From assembly GCA_051294375.1 (NCBI GenBank), contig CM119270.1, positions 9,301,530-9,365,529 of the forward strand: a stretch of DNA of 64,000 bases, read 5' to 3'. The translations under genes were made by a program, and so were the position numbers. Source of the DNA: Paraspadella gotoi (Eukaryota > Animalia > Chaetognatha). The notes under the pieces are model-generated. The model saw only the letters and a program-made list of their open reading frames with translations. It was not told the origin of the DNA and did no database searches. This document shows positions 35,643 through 51,088 of the stretch, piece after piece (position 1 is the first letter of the stretch; each line of letters begins with the position of its first letter).

Positions 35643-36642
35643 TTGTGGGAGAAAACGGAAGCATGAAAAAAAGAACTTGTCTGCTAATGAAGGAAGTGTC
35701 GGAGGAGAAGAGGAAAAAATAAGCGAGGAAAACAACAAATTCTAATCGATATTCTGTTGTATGTAAAAATTTAACTTTAAAACGACACCTCATTGTTCCT
35801 GAATCGATTAATTAAAAAAAACAATTGCCTTTTTTTTATTTAATCTTTTTTTTAATTAATTCGGCGTCACGTTTCGGACTCTCAATGAATAATTATATCG
35901 ATAATGAATTTTCTCGCAAGCTCGTTTTACAATTTTTTCTTTTGCTTTAAATTGGATCCTTTGCGAACTTTGGATTTCCGCGCAGACAGTTTATTTTTTA
36001 ATTTCACCGAAAAAACGACGTCGTCTCTCCTTCCGTTGATACGCGGCAGTTCTCTCGTACCATAGGAGCCCCGGAGCGGTCCGCATTATTCTCGTTCAGC
36101 TGTCCGAGCAAAGATGGTTGAGACCGGCCGTCGATGGCGATGGTTAAAAAATCGAATCTCTCGCGGATTTGAGGTCGGGGTTCAGATCAATTCTCATGAT
36201 CTAATTTACATTGAGAAGAAAACGAGAACCCCCTTCCCTTTCAAAATTTAATAAACCTGTCGAACCCAAAGTCTTTTTCATTTTTTTTTTTCGAGTTTAA
36301 TATTTTAATATTTTTCTGTCCCTCGTTTGCTTTGATAAGAACATTGCTGGTTGTACAATATCATTATAATGATTATTCTTTTTTGCAATTGGACGCCCAT
36401 CGAATGCGCTGCTTTTTTGTTTCGCGCTCAGCGGAGATGTTGATAAACTTTCAGCCAACGGTGAAAAATGATAAAAAATGAAAAATTCACGGAAGCAGTG
36501 AGGTGAGAAAAAAATTACACACTCACATGCGCGCAGAACGTAAAAATTAAACGCTGGGCGCTGTCGTCCGAGCTACCGGCAAAAACCAACACTAGATATT
36601 CACCCGTGAGCCGGGACGACTCGCTCTCTCTACCGCGCGCGC

Positions 36643-36775
<133 letters not shown>

Positions 36776-37047
36776 GGGAGAGGATTTTCGACGGTGAGCT
36801 GTTTTGTGTTCGATTCAAAAAAGATCGAATTAGTTTTCACTAAATCATCTACAGTGTACACGAAATTAAAAAAAGAACAAAGACGAAAAACCTAAAAAAA
36901 AGTTATATGAAATGATTTAATGAGATGAAAAGCAAGAAAGAAAAAGAAACCGGCGCGTTGTTTTCCCTTCTGGCGCCGAGACTCCTTTTCTCAGACTTTG
37001 TTTATTTTCCCATTTTCTCAAAAGGAGCAAAGACGTCCGAAAATAGA

Positions 37048-37092
<45 letters not shown>

Positions 37093-37108
37093 GATGAGTA
37101 AAAGAGAG

Positions 37109-37172
<64 letters not shown>

Positions 37173-37995
37173 GCTTAGAAACAACAGTTGCCTAGCAATG
37201 ATGATCGAAGATTACGATAGCTACAGTTTTACTGAGTAAAAGCCGATCCAAAACAATGATGCAGAAAATATGAGTTACAAATAAAATGTAACGGAAAAGA
37301 TATGTATTAAGATCTTTTTCTAACGAAAAAAATAAAAAAAGAGGAAAATAGAATAAAAACAATGAAATAAAAAGAAAGAACGAAAGAAAAGATTTAAGAA
37401 AAAAAAATTAAGAACAGAAAAAGTTATTCTAATCTTCACGTGAGACCTTGAGTGACGACGACGACAACAACGACAACAACGACGAAGACTATGGAAATGC
37501 AAACGAGGACGAGGAATATTTGAAGTATGAACCCAGTGAAACTGAAGGGCGGGAAAAACGTACCGACCCTGGCGGTCGGAACAGGAACAAGGGCGAAAAC
37601 AAGAAAGACTTTTAGTTATTATAAGTTAAAAGTTATACGGCGGTGGAGAAGACGGAGAAACGTTGACGACGACAACGACGATGTTGATGACAACGAAGAC
37701 GAAGACGACGACAACGACGTCATGAAGAGGGACGATGATGGCGAAGGCGAGGACGATAACGAAAACTTAAGGGAAAAAACTGTCAAGTCTTCAGAAAAAT
37801 TTTTCGGTTCGAAACACAAAACTAAAAGTAAAAGAAAAAAAAAGAAAAAAAAAATTTCATAATGACGATGATGAACGTGAGAAAAGGAAAGTATAAAATT
37901 TAAGGCATCATTTGAAAGTCATCATTTTGAAAATGGCGTCCAAAGTAAAAGAAAAATTGATATAATTAAAACCAGAAGTTCAATTATGTGCATAC

Positions 37996-38217
37996 CTTAA
38001 CGACGAGGACCTCAACGACGAGGACCTCAACGTCAAGGACCTCAACGACGAGGACCTCAACGTCGAGGACCTCAACGACGAGGACCTCAACGACGAGGTC
38101 CTCAACGACGAGGATCTCAACGACGAGGACCTCAACGACAAGGACCTCAACGACGAGGACCTCAACGACGAGGACCTCAACGTCGAGGACCTCAACGACG
38201 AGGACCTCAACGACGAC
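37996..38217. repeat. 15-bp minisatellite (AACGACGAGGACCTC) x~14, mirrored at ~40360-40580
   Basis: Directly visible tandem array with single-base variants. Confidence 0.97.
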
Positions 38218-39250
38218 GACGAAGCAGACGACAAAACCAAAAGGAGACGACGTTAATGACGTCGGGGAAAAACTAACGGGGCGGGAAAGTGAAAGAAATT
38301 AGGTAAGGTCTTAGGTAAGTCTTATCATTGAGAGAAAGAAAGTTATAGGGGTGATGGAAACAATGGCCAAGCGGGTTTGAAGCCAAGCCAACTCAAGACA
38401 GGAAGCTTATAGAAAGTTGCGTCCGAAGCAAGCGCAGTATTGTTGCCAAGAATTGGAGAATGAAGGAAAGGCGGCATGTCGCCGCCTGCTTTCCTGGCTC
38501 TTTGAATTGAAAATGGACGCAAATGTTTTTCCGTGGAATAAAAGTAGGTGAAAGGCAATAGGAATGAACGACCATGCTAAGAGGAAGAAGCATTAATGTC
38601 GAAGAGGGAAAACATTAGGATAAAATCGAAGGAAATTAGTAACGAGGAGTTCGGGTGTCATGATGTGAGAGGAAAAGTGTGAGATGTGACGTTGAGTATA
38701 AAGGAAATAAAACAAAAAGTTTGGGAGATATATGTGGTTCTTTGGAGTTGAACAAAGAATGTGAGACCTTATCGGGGATAAGAGAGAAAAATAAAAAAAT
38801 GAAAGAATGAAAGAATGACAGAATGAAAGAATGAAAGAATGAAAGAATAAAAGAATGAAAAAATGAAANNNNNNNNNNAGAGACGGAAGAGTCTCGCGGG
38901 AAACTGAGATGGCGAAGGGTCTCCGCGTCACGCGGAAGAAGAACGAAGAGGACGAGGGACTCGGGGAACGGCCGGACCCGCCGGACTCGGGACGGCCGAC
39001 CGCCGGACCCGGGGTCAACGGAAATTCGGTTACGTTTCGGGGGCGAAGACGCGCCCTACAATGCTGGGGGCCCTCCGTAGATGAATGAGGGGGATGTGGA
39101 GTGAGGACTGGTGAGGACGCGGGGAATGAGAGAACCTGAATCGAAGCGATGATGGAAGGAAACGAGTCACNNNNNNNNNNNNNNNNNNNNNNNNNCAAGC
39201 CCCCCCCCTTCTACTCACGATCGATTCGCTCGATCCATCTCACTCCCCTC

Positions 39251-41420
39251 GTGATCGTTTCCTTCCATCATCGCTTCGATTCAGGTTCTCTCATTCCCGC
39301 GTCCTCACCAGTCCTCACTCCACATCCCCTCACTCTCTACGGAGGGCCCCCGCATTGTAGGGCGCGTCTTCGCCCCCGAAACGTAACCGAATTTCCGTTG
39401 ACCCCGGGTCCGGCGGGTCCGGCCGTTCCCCCGAGTCCCTCGTCCTCTTTCTTTCTTCTTCCGCGTGACGCGGAGACCCTTCGCAATCTCAGTTTCCCGC
39501 GAGACTCTTCCGTCTCTCGGGTTTCGGCTTTTGCAAAATCTTTTTTATTCTTTTTTCCTTTTTTTCCCCCGGAATTTTTAGGAATTTTTCAATCAAATTG
39601 TAGCTTACAGGATAGAACAATAATTTTGGTTCTACTTACTTTGATTCTACTTTGATTCCTCTACTCTAATTATTTTATGATGTCTTATCTTTATAATCTA
39701 TTTTTTCATATTTTTCTCATTTATTTCATTTCTTATTACTTCTTTCAATTTCTATTTTTCATTTTTCTTTTATTCTTTCTTCTTTCATTCTTTTTCTTCC
39801 TGTCATTCTTTCATTCTTTCATTTTTTTATTTTTCTCTCTTTCCCCGATAAGGTCTCACATTCTTTGTTCAACTCCAAAGAACCACATATATCTCCAAAC
39901 TTTTTGTTTTATTTCCTTTACCTACTCAACCGTCACATAATTTTCCTTCGATTTTATCCTAATGTTTTCCCTCTTCGACATTAATGCTTCTTCCTCTTAG
40001 CATGGTCGTTCATTCCTATTGCCTTTCACCTACTTTTATTCCACGGAAAAACATTTGCGTCCATTTTCAAATTCAAAGAGCCAGGAAAGCAGGCGGCGAC
40101 ATGCCGCCTTTCCTTCATTCTCCAATTCTTGGCAACAATACTGCGCTTGCTTCGGACGCAACTTTCTATAAGCTTCCTGTCTTGAGTTGGCTTGGCTTCA
40201 AACCGCTTGGCCATTGTTTCCATCACCCCTATAACTTTCTTTCTCTCAATGATAAGACTTACCTAAGACCTTACCTAATTTCTTTCACTTTCCCGCCCCG
40301 TTAGTTTTTCCCCGACGTCATAACGTCGTCTCCTTTTGGTTTTGTCGTCTGCTTCGTCGTCGTCGTTGAGGTCCTCGTCGTTGAGGTCCTCGACGTTGAG
40401 GTCCTCGTCGTTGAGGTCCTCGGTCGTTGAGGTCCTTGTCGTTGAGGTCCTCGTCGTTGAGATCCTCGTCGTTGAGGACCTCGTCGTTGAGGTCCTCGTC
40501 GTTGAGGTCCTCGACGTTAGGTCCTCGTCGTTGAGGTCCTTGACGTTGAGTCCTCGTCGTTGAGGTCCTCGTCGTTAAGGTATGCACATAATTGAACTTC
40601 TGGTTTAAATTATATCAATTTTTCTTTTACTTTGGACGCCATTTTCAAAATGATGACTTTCAAATGATGCCTTAAATTTTATACTTTCTTTTCTCACGTT
40701 CATCATCGTCATTATGAAAATTTTTTTTTTTTTTTTTTTCTTTTACTTTTAGTTTTGTGTTCGAACCGAAAAATTTTTCTGAAGACTTGACAGTTTTTTC
40801 CCTTAAGTTTTCGTTATCGTCCTCGCCTTCGCCATCATCGTCCCTCTTCATGACGTCGTTGTCGTCGTCTTCGTCGTCATCAACATCGTCGTTGTCGTCG
40901 TCTTCGTCGTCATCAACATCGTCGTTGTCGTCGTCAACGTTTCTCCGTCTTCCCCACCGCCGTATAACTTTTAACTTATAATAACTAAAAGTCTTTCTTG
41001 TTTTCGCCCTTGTTCCTGTTCCGACCGCCAGGGTCGGTACGTTTTCCCGCCCTTCAGTTTCACTGGGTTCATACTTCAAATATTCCTCGTCCTCGTTTGC
41101 ATTTCCATAGTCTTCGTCGTTGTTGTCGTTGTTGTCGTCGTCGTCACTCAAGGTCTCACGTGAAGATTAGAATAACTTTTTCTGTTCTTAATTTTTTTTT
41201 CTTAAATCTTTTCTTTCGTTCTTTCTTTTTATTTCATTGTTTTATTCTATTTTCCTCTTTTTTTATTTTTTTCGTTAGAAAAAGATCTTAATACATATCT
41301 TTTCCGTTACATTTTATTTGTAACTCATATTTTCTGCATCATTGTTTTGGATCGGCTTTTACTCAGTAAACTGTAGCTATCGTAATCTTCGATCATCATT
41401 GCTAGGCAACTGTTGTTTTC

Positions 41421-41513
<93 letters not shown>

Positions 41514-41840
41514 ACTTCTCTCTCTTCTCTCTCTCTCTCTCTCTCTCTCTCCTCTCTCTCTGCTCTATTTTCGGACGTCTTTGCTCCTTTTGAGAAAATG
41601 GGAAAATAACAAAGTCTGAGAAAAGGAGTCTCGGCGCCAGAAGGGAAAACAACGCGCCGGTTTCTTTTTCTTTTCTTGCTTTTCATCTCATTAAATCATT
41701 TCATATAACTTTTTTTTAGGTTTTTCGTCTTTGTTCTTTTTTAATTTCGTGTACACTGTAGATGATTTAGTGAAAACTATTCGATCTTTTTTGAATCGAA
41801 CACAAAACAGCTCACCGTCGAAAATCCTCTCCCCATTCTC

Positions 41841-41930
<90 letters not shown>

Positions 41931-42931
41931 GCGCGCGCGGTAGAGAGAGCGAGTCGTCCCGGCTCAACGGGTGAATATCTAGTGTTGGTTTTTGCCGGTA
42001 GCTCGGACCGACAGCGCCCAGCGTTTAATTTTTACGTTCTGCGCGCATGTGAGTGTGTAATTTTTTTCCCACCTCACTGCTTCCGTGAATTTTTCATTTT
42101 TTCATCATTTTTCACCGTTGGCTGAAAGTTTATCAACATCTCCGCTGAGCGCGAAACAAAAAAAGCAGCGCATTCGATGGGCGTCCAATTGCAAAAAAGA
42201 ATAATCATTATAATGATATTGTACAACCAGCAATGTTCTTATCAAAGCAAACGAGGGACAGAAAAATATTAAAATATTAAACTCGAAAAAAAAAAATGAA
42301 AAAGACTTTGGGTTCGACAGGTTTATTAAATTTTGAAAGGGAAGGGGGTCTCGTTTTCTTTCTCAATGTAAATTAGATCATGAGAATTGATACTGAACCC
42401 CGACCTCAAATTCCGCGAGAGATTCGATTTTTTAACCATCGCCATCGACGGCCGGTTCTCAACCATCTTTGCTCGGACAGCTGAACGAGATAATGCGGAC
42501 GCTCCGGGGCTCCTATGGTACGAGAGAACTGCCCGCGTATCACGGAAGAGAGAGACGACTATTGTTTTTTCGGTGAAATTAAAAAAATAAACTGTCTGCG
42601 CGAATCCAAAGTTCGCAAAGGATCCAATTTAAAGCAAAAGAAAAATTGTAAAACGAGCTGCGAGAAAATTCATTATCGGATATAATTATTCATTGAGAGT
42701 CCGAAACGTGACGCCGAATTAATTTAAAAAAAGATTAAATAAAAAAAAGGCAATTGTTTTTTTTTTAATTATCGATTCAGGAACAATGAGGTGTCGTTTT
42801 AAAGTTAAATTTTTACATACAACGAGAATATCGATTAGAATTTGTTGTTTTCCTCGCTTATTTTTTCCTCTTCTCCTCCGACACTTCTTCATTAGCAGAC
42901 AAGTTCTTTTTCTTTCATGCTTCCGTTTTCT

Positions 42932-42992
<61 letters not shown>

Positions 42993-42997
42993 TCTCT

Positions 42998-43044
<47 letters not shown>

Positions 43045-46000
43045 GTTTTTTCTTTTTTTTTTACCAATTGGCTCTCGGGATTCACAAATTGTTGCGACAA
43101 CGACAAACTAGGGCCAATCAGCACATTTTCCCGTTTTAAGTTGCGACGCGGAGTACTCGCGGAGCAACTCTTTAAGTAACTCACTCTATCTGTCTGTTTC
43201 TGTCTATTTGCCTGTTTGTCTTTTATCGGACTGTCCACTTATAACTTAATTGCTTATAGCTTTTAATAATACTTAGTATTAATATGAGATACTCTGAGAT
43301 ACGTAATGTGCATATACGTTGTACAGTAGAGTGGAGTGTGAAAAGATTGAGCGATTGAACAATGTATTTGTTCCTGACTTTGTATATGGAATAAAAATAA
43401 TTGAGCTCTTTTAAAAAATCTCATAACTGTATCATAAATTGAATTTTCTTTTATAGTAATATCCTTATAAAATCAGTAAAATTTTCAGAATTAATATTCT
43501 TTTCAATTTTGAGACCGATTTTGCATTTGCCGGAAAAAAACTAAAAAACTTTTGTAAGTATGTTTTATGATATTTTTATGTTAAAGCATTTTATCAGATA
43601 CTAGTTTCTACTAAAAGCAAAGTGAAGAAATTAATTTGAAAATTTCACTATTTTATGTATAAATTTACTATAAACATATTGTATTTTTTACTGTTCCCTA
43701 AACAATCAGAAGAAAAAAAAATTGTTCTCGTGGACACGTGGTAATCACGGAAAAAGGATTATCTAACAATAATTTCATTGTCGATATAATTCATATAGTA
43801 CTAACAACTAAGACATTTAGTCACGAGGCGCACACTTTAAACTTGTCAGTTCGTGTTTTTTGTCAATTTTTATCGATCGTTCCCCTAATTGATTCCCAAA
43901 TGGTTTGTTCCTTGAATCTTGTTCGAATGTTGTTGTGACTTTTTTTCTTTTTAACTGACTTACCTTTTCGCTTCCAGGCGTTTCCATCTCTTCCATTCAT
44001 CCCGTCTGCGAAACTCATCTCATTTTCTCGGAACGAAGGCAACTCTCCTCCGACGCACGAAAACGCAAACGATTCGAATGTAAACTAACAAATAAACAAA
44101 CAAAGGAACAAAAATATCCATCGTCATGAAACGTCTCGACTCAATCGCTCCTCGACAGAGGACGACGTCGGGATAACGTCCAGAGAGACGATTGCGTTAA
44201 AGAGAAGATGACGTCTCTCTCCCTCTCTCTATCTCTCCGAGGATCAGGATGGAATCGGTTCCTTTTTCCTTCCGTGACGTCTGACCGTCTGTCATGTCGA
44301 CAGAGTTTCCTTGTCATGCGTACATCTGTCCTCTCAACTCGACGATGTCGACTCGAAATAAACTTTTAGTGAAAATTAGTGAAAACAAATAAGAAAAAAG
44401 TGAAATTAAAAACGAACTGGTCTTTGCTCATCCGCGCACGCGCCATCTCTATCTCTAACTCAACGTCCCTCATTCATTCGACTTTCGATTCGTCTTCCTC
44501 TCTTTCTTCATCTGTCTCTGTCTCTGTCTCTTTCTCTCTCTCTCTCGCTAGCTTCCAGTTCCAGTCGGTATTCGTGCCGACATCATTGTTTCTCTCTCTC
44601 TTTTTTCAAGGCCAAAACTTTCATTAAAAACTCCATAACTCTCTCTCTCTTCTCGCCAATCCCGCCACATTCACGATCAAGAGAAACTGTGTGATCAGCA
44701 CAACGCCCTTCACTCTCTCTTTGTGTGTGTGTTTCTCTCCCCGTCTTTTTCTCTCGTTCGTCTATCTCTTTTTTTGCTACCTATTTTGTCTCTACCTCCT
44801 TTCTTTCCTCCTCTCTCTTTCTCATCCTCGGACACAGACTCAGCAAAAAAAAATTGTCCGCAAAAAATCAGGAATTCGGATAAAACGGGGAGAAAACGCA
44901 ATAATAAATAACAGGATATAAACATAAAACTAAGCGGCCGATGAACATATAGAATTGACGATTCTGGGAGTCCGTTTATGATTCTCCGTGAGAAATTTTA
45001 TTTTTCTTTATGCAAACGAGAAAATTCACATATGTCGTTAAAAACAATCGTTTAATCATTAGATTTCTATGAGCTTTGTGAATATAGAAAGAAGACGAAG
45101 TATTTTTTATAAAAATTCGAAGCAGGCATCTTTATTTGTATTTGTAGTTTGCCATGAATCAATTTCATTAAAAATTAAACTATGCTGTTGTATTACAGGA
45201 ATTGTTTATCGATCCATTGAATTATACCCTCATTAGAACCGGTTACGGAGTGAAAATGCTGTGAGAGTTTATTACTGCAGAATCTGTATTTCTAGTTATG
45301 AGCCTTAAACCACAAAGTTCAGTAGGAATCTTTATGAATATAATTGTTTCAATATTGTCTTTCAGACGAAAACGAAAAGAGCTTGACGAAAAAAGTCCCT
45401 GATTGACGAGCTCAAGACACAAACGAATGAAAAAAAAACAAGTCCCAAAAAATTTAAATGAAGCCGAATTTTAACATTGTGAAAATCTCAAGCGACTTTA
45501 CCGTTCACTACGTAAATATAAGTAAATTTTGCAATTTAAATATTCAGGAATAACAATTGTATAATGTTTTGTAAGAGATAATGCGGAAATACGAATTATC
45601 CAGTCATGAGGCATACCAGTAAAAACTCCATCAAATGTTGTTTTCTCATCACGGAAGAGGGCGTGATGAACTCCCTCTGGAGGGTGATTGTGATTCAAAC
45701 GCAAGAACCGAGGAAAGGAAGGTTTTGAGTTTTTCCCAGAGAAATTGGACTTTTTTCTCCGCCTCCTTCGTTTCCTCCTTTTGCTCCCCCTCTTCCTTCT
45801 CTTTCCTCATCCTCCTTCCTTCTCTTACTCATACTCTTCCTTCTTTTCTCATCCTCTGTCTCGCCATCATTATCCCTTTTTTATTTTCCTTTCGACGCTT
45901 AATTCTTTTTCTCTTCGGTATTTCAATCCACTCATCTCTAACTTCACCTACTTCTATCTACACTGCATCTCGCTCCATCTCACGCCTTTCTTGTTCATAT

Positions 46001-48663
46001 TACGTTTCAAGTTAATCACCCCCAGTCCGCAATAGTACCAACTTCTTTTGTCGTTACCATAGCATTTCACATTTCTTTATTTCGCAATTACCGATTACTA
46101 TCTTTTTTATACATGATAGTTGTTCTTTCTTTATTCTTTTTGTTTCAAAACGAAGTCCATGTTTTCTATGCAACTTCCCGCATCACACTTGGTCCTCTGA
46201 TTCGTTGGTAAAGCCGACTGTGCTTTACCTGCTTCTTTGTAGTCGTCGTCCTCCGTATGAATAACTATCGTGGGTGCCACTGCAACTGCACTCAGTCACT
46301 TACCGCTCACCACTGTCATCTTAGACTTTTTTCCTTTCGTGGTTCCTTTGACTGCAGCAATGAAAATCCGTCCAAAATCTTCCAGTTCTCAACTTCTTTT
46401 GTTTCCATTCTCTCTGGTTTTTCCTCTGGTTCCCATTCTTGCATGTTCTCCACTTCCTCTCTTTTTCTCCTTCTCCCAGACGCCATATTTTTCCTCTTGT
46501 TTCTTACCTGTCAGTTTTCGATAATTTTCACTTTACACATTCATTTTTCTCTCTTATTTTCTTTTAAGATCGCTGCTCGCGAAATTTCTAAAGAATTTTT
46601 TTTTATTTTTTAAAAATTTATTTGAAATGTTCCTTCTCAAATTTGTGGCCTGAATTTTATATTTGAGTTATAAAAACGAATAAGCCAGCACTTAATAATT
46701 TGAGTCCGTTTCATCCCTCCACGTTATTTTTAACATTCCTGGTCTTTCTGGCTGACCTTTTTAAATTTCCTCGTTTTAATTCGCGGTCTCCTTCTCTCAC
46801 ATTTTCAACTGTCCCTCCATTTTCCTTTAGTTCCCCCTTGTAAAGTTTTTCTTTCCTTTTTTTTTTCCCTTTTTCCGTGTTTCTTTCTTTTTATCTCAAG
46901 TTTCATCGAATTCCATTGCCAGCTCACGGTTCTCAATTTATTTTTTCTAGTCATCGTTCCTACTCTCAACAAAATCCGTTAACTAAACAAAGTCCTCCCC
47001 ACCCTCCAGTGTTGTCTTTTCGCCGTCAACTCATCACAAATTTTCCTCACCCCCCGCAAACCCCTCAAACCACCTCTTCCAGAACCCCTCCTCCACCCCT
47101 CGTCCGTCAAAAAAAATCCGGCGCGAGAATGAAGTCGGTTCCGGCGACGCCGACGACGCCGCCGGAAGACGGAGGTGACGATGGAGAATTCGCTCAAATA
47201 CCTGAGTCAAGCTCCTTATCCCAACGACGACCGAAAGATTGGAAGAAGAGAAGCAACACCTCCGCAACAAAGGTGTTTTGGCACGGGGGGGGGGGCTAGT
47301 TACGGGATTGGTCCGGCTTATCAAGCTCGCATCCTAAAACGAACAACAAAAACCACAACTACTGCAACAACAAACACGCAACAAGAATCTAATAATGTTT
47401 TACTTTTTCGTGTTTTCTCGTGTCTTACTATTCGTGTTTATACTTTTGACTGTTTTGACTGTTTTTCATAGATTACTGTTCGTGATTTTCTCCTAGTTTT
47501 AATTTTTATCAGTTTTTTCTGAGATCCGCTTTTAGTCATTCACCCGGTATTTTACCGCCAGGGTTTCCTGGATCTCCCTGTACACCCTTCGAGCGGATCG
47601 GCGACACCGGACATCGCGTCAACGGGCAACCTGTCTCGTCAAGCAGGAATGTTCAAGCCGCCAGACTCACATGATCATCGCAGGTTCAGTTTCGGATGCC
47701 AAAAAAAATTACGGTCATTGCTTTATTTCACCCTTCTTCAATCTTAACCTAAACTTTATACAGAACGCGCCTACAAACAAGAACGGCCTGGGAGGATGCG
47801 GCGGCGGCCATCGCCGTGCGCGGTAGAACTGGACTGGCCAACCGGTCTACCGCTACATGGCGGGCTCTCATCATCTCCGAAATGCGAGGATACCAGGTTC
47901 CCAACTCGCCAATATTTCATAACGAAAATTAAAATGTGACGCAATAGTATTTTTGAAAGTTTCCATTAATTGAATTGTCTACAGGAGGCTTTCAAGATGA
48001 TACGCCAGTTTGCAACGAGTCTAAATTAGGAGTATCCGGTAGATTTTGTGAAACTCGGGGGTAGAAGAAATCACTCCTGGCGAGGACAAGTCAATGCTTG
48101 TTGTCGAAACATAAAATCTTAGCTCGTTCTCCGAGAAAATAAGTCAAAAGCTTCGTTTCATACGCCTTCCAATAATGAAGCGATTGTTTACGCTGACGGG
48201 ACTTAAAACAAAACTGTCTTTGTGTATTAATTCCTCTGAAGAATCTTGTATTTATCTAGAAAACATTTCTCGAATGGCTACGGAAAATTTCGGATTTCAC
48301 AATCACTCCTTTGTTACTGAATTGCATAAAATATCCCGCCGTACAAAGAGAAAGTCATATTTTTTTATTTATTCATTCAATCATTCAATTCATTCATTTC
48401 AATCATACATCTTCATTTATTCATTCATTCATTCATTCATACAGTCAATCATTTCTTCATTCAGCTCGTATTCTCCAAGCCGTGGGATGTCTGGTCACCT
48501 CCGAGCTTTGGGCTCGCAACGCCACCAAGTTCACCAACAGTGAGGACGACGAAGCCATGATCCTCTTCCAGCAGATTCGCGTGCAGCGGAACTACAGCGC
48601 CCTCGCAGAGAGATTTCCTATTGAAGTCGGATTTACGAAGGAGAGTTTCAAAGGTGAAGTGGG

Positions 48664-48745
<82 letters not shown>

Positions 48746-51088
48746 AAGAGAGACGGCCTGACAGGCAGACAAAGAGGCAGACTGGCGGACAAGCATGAAA
48801 AATAGACGAACGGACGACTGAGAAAACTGATGACAGAATCGTTAAAAAACTTTTTTTTTAATATTAAATTATGATTTTCAAATTCCCCTCCTCAGGCATC
48901 TACGCCAAACGGGACATCGCGGCCAAAGAAGTCACGCTCGTTGACATCCCAGTTCTCTGGGGTCAGAAGATCGACAAGGTACGAAGCGTGGTCTCGTTCT
49001 TCTTTTCACAGCGTTCACGGCCTCAATTCACATCACACCTCACCCCGCCCCACCCGCCTCACCCGACCCACCCGTCTCTAGGACCGTTACGTACCCGCCT
49101 GCTCCTTCTGCTGCGCCGACCTCAGCCTACCGTCTTCCACTTCCCCGACTGCGACGCTTGGCCGGACGATCTCCACGACGTTCTAAAGAGACATTGGCCG
49201 GCTTCCGCATAGGTAGGTACTGTCGGCGAATGTACTGCTTGAGATTTGCTGATGATGATGATGCTGTAGGGTTAGTATTACGTACTAAATACATTGAATG
49301 AGATACTAGTGAGTAGTGACATAAGAGGAAAAAATGGAATACAGATTAGTGTTCACTAATAAGAGAATTTACAAAGTTTAATTTTCTAAATATTGATTTC
49401 AAAGTTTTCAAAGTTTCATTTAAACTGCTTTCGTCTATTTGCGTGTGTTTTTATGTAACGTTGATGTTGCGTAACCTCGATGTTTATTCTTTATATTTCA
49501 TTTTCGTATTTCCACGCGCTCCGACTAATTATCCAAAAAACGAAAAACAATCATGATAATCGCACGAACAAAAAAAATGAAATGGATGTTTGGAATTCGA
49601 CAATTCGGTCGTCGCCTCCAAACTGCACCGTTGCCTCGACGACGACGACGACTCGGACGGAAACAGTGCCTTGCAACGGTTGCAAATTCGAGGAATACTG
49701 CTCAGCAACGGTGCCGGGATCTCTCCTGGGTACACTTATCACAAGATCACATGCCCGGGCACCAACCGCAGCGCCGAAGAGGTGCACGTCTACTGCCGAG
49801 CGATGCGTCCAGGAGTAGGGAAGAGATCCCGCCCTCCAACACCCGCCACGCCCATGATCCTCACGAGACTTGGGCTATCGTCATGTCCAAAGCCTGAAGA
49901 TGGCGGGCGAGGGAAAGAAGCGTCGGTGGAGCAGATCACCGAAGCCATGGAGACTTTCAGGTGGGGAAACAAAAGTGACTGAGAATAAGTGATAAGATGG
50001 TATCGATCGCTAAGTCACGTGATCTCTGACATGACAGAGGTTTCATTGGGCTGTGACGTGAGTGGGATACGCGCAAAACCTCACGCATTCTCGTCAACAT
50101 GATTCAAAAGGTCTTCACGGATAAAAGCTTACCGATTAAGGTGATTAGAAAAATGGGACGAGACTAATTATTATTTAATTTACCTAATGTGTAAGTGTGT
50201 AAGTTCACCTCATCTTGTTAGTATTTTTACAATTTAATTCTTTTGTTCGAAAAAATGAAAAATTGCAAAAGCCTTGTTTCAAACTATTTTAATTTTTCAG
50301 ATATTTAGTTTTTTATTATCAAATCTAATATTATCTAATTTTTTAAAGTTTGGCATCTCGGACGAGGAATTCGAATGGCGATATTCTCAAACCGGCCATC
50401 AATTGCCAGGAGTTCAGACCCCCGACCCACAACCTCAAACTGTTAAAGATTCGCTCAGAGACTCAGAGGTGACGAGAGAAGTCAAATTAAAAATTATAAG
50501 AGATTTGAACGTAGAAATTAGGAAAATGTCAGGAAAAATGAAAAAACCCTTTAGAGGAAAGTGAAGTGGAAACGGAAAGAAACATAATCGATTTAGTTCA
50601 AAATAATATTACTGCTTATTTTGAGGTTCTTAAAATTATTTCAAATAACGGATAAACTAATCTTTAAAAAACAAGGAACGGTTATTCCAAGGTGTTGGGC
50701 CGCATGCTTTTCTTTTTACTTATCATTAAAAACAAAAAGCCGGCGCCAGTAATCGCTTAAATTTGATTTTCATAAATGAGCAACAATCTATAGGCATACC
50801 AAAGGACCGACTTGGATGACACACGACATGACGACCGACCGACCGAAAAGTGACTTATAGAGTTGCTCCGCGAGTACTCGCGGCGGCAACTTAAAATTTA
50901 AATAGGGCCAGACAATCCAGAAATTTGACCCTTCACGGCCCTTACCTCGAAACCACCTTACTCCCGCGCCCACCCTCCCCAGGATTCGACGAGAAGAAGC
51001 AGGAAGGCTGATATCAGCGCCGGACAAAGACCCAATCTTCAGCGGAATGTTCGCGCTGCACCCTGCCTCACCACGACTGCGGATACAA
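39251..51088. repeat. Right arm of the inverted duplication (indel-rich)
   Basis: Mirror of 27714-39170 with many 1-bp indels. Ends abruptly at ...GCGGATACAA inside the SET exon. Confidence 0.97.
47535..51088 (+). pseudogene. Frameshifted, 3'-truncated mirror copy of the SMYD-like gene (probably artefactual)
   Basis: Same exons as 31213-27714 with scattered indels. Lacks the SET end, post-SET and second MYND. Confidence 0.8.

Noticed and set aside
37996-38217. CRISPR-like array (also 53348-53572 and 4455-4805)
   Set aside because: Contiguous tandem units with no unique spacers, in a eukaryotic context with no cas genes.
47535-51088. Genuine second SMYD paralogue
   Set aside because: Differences are dominated by random 1-bp indels, and the copy is truncated at the palindrome edge. 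More likely an assembly product.
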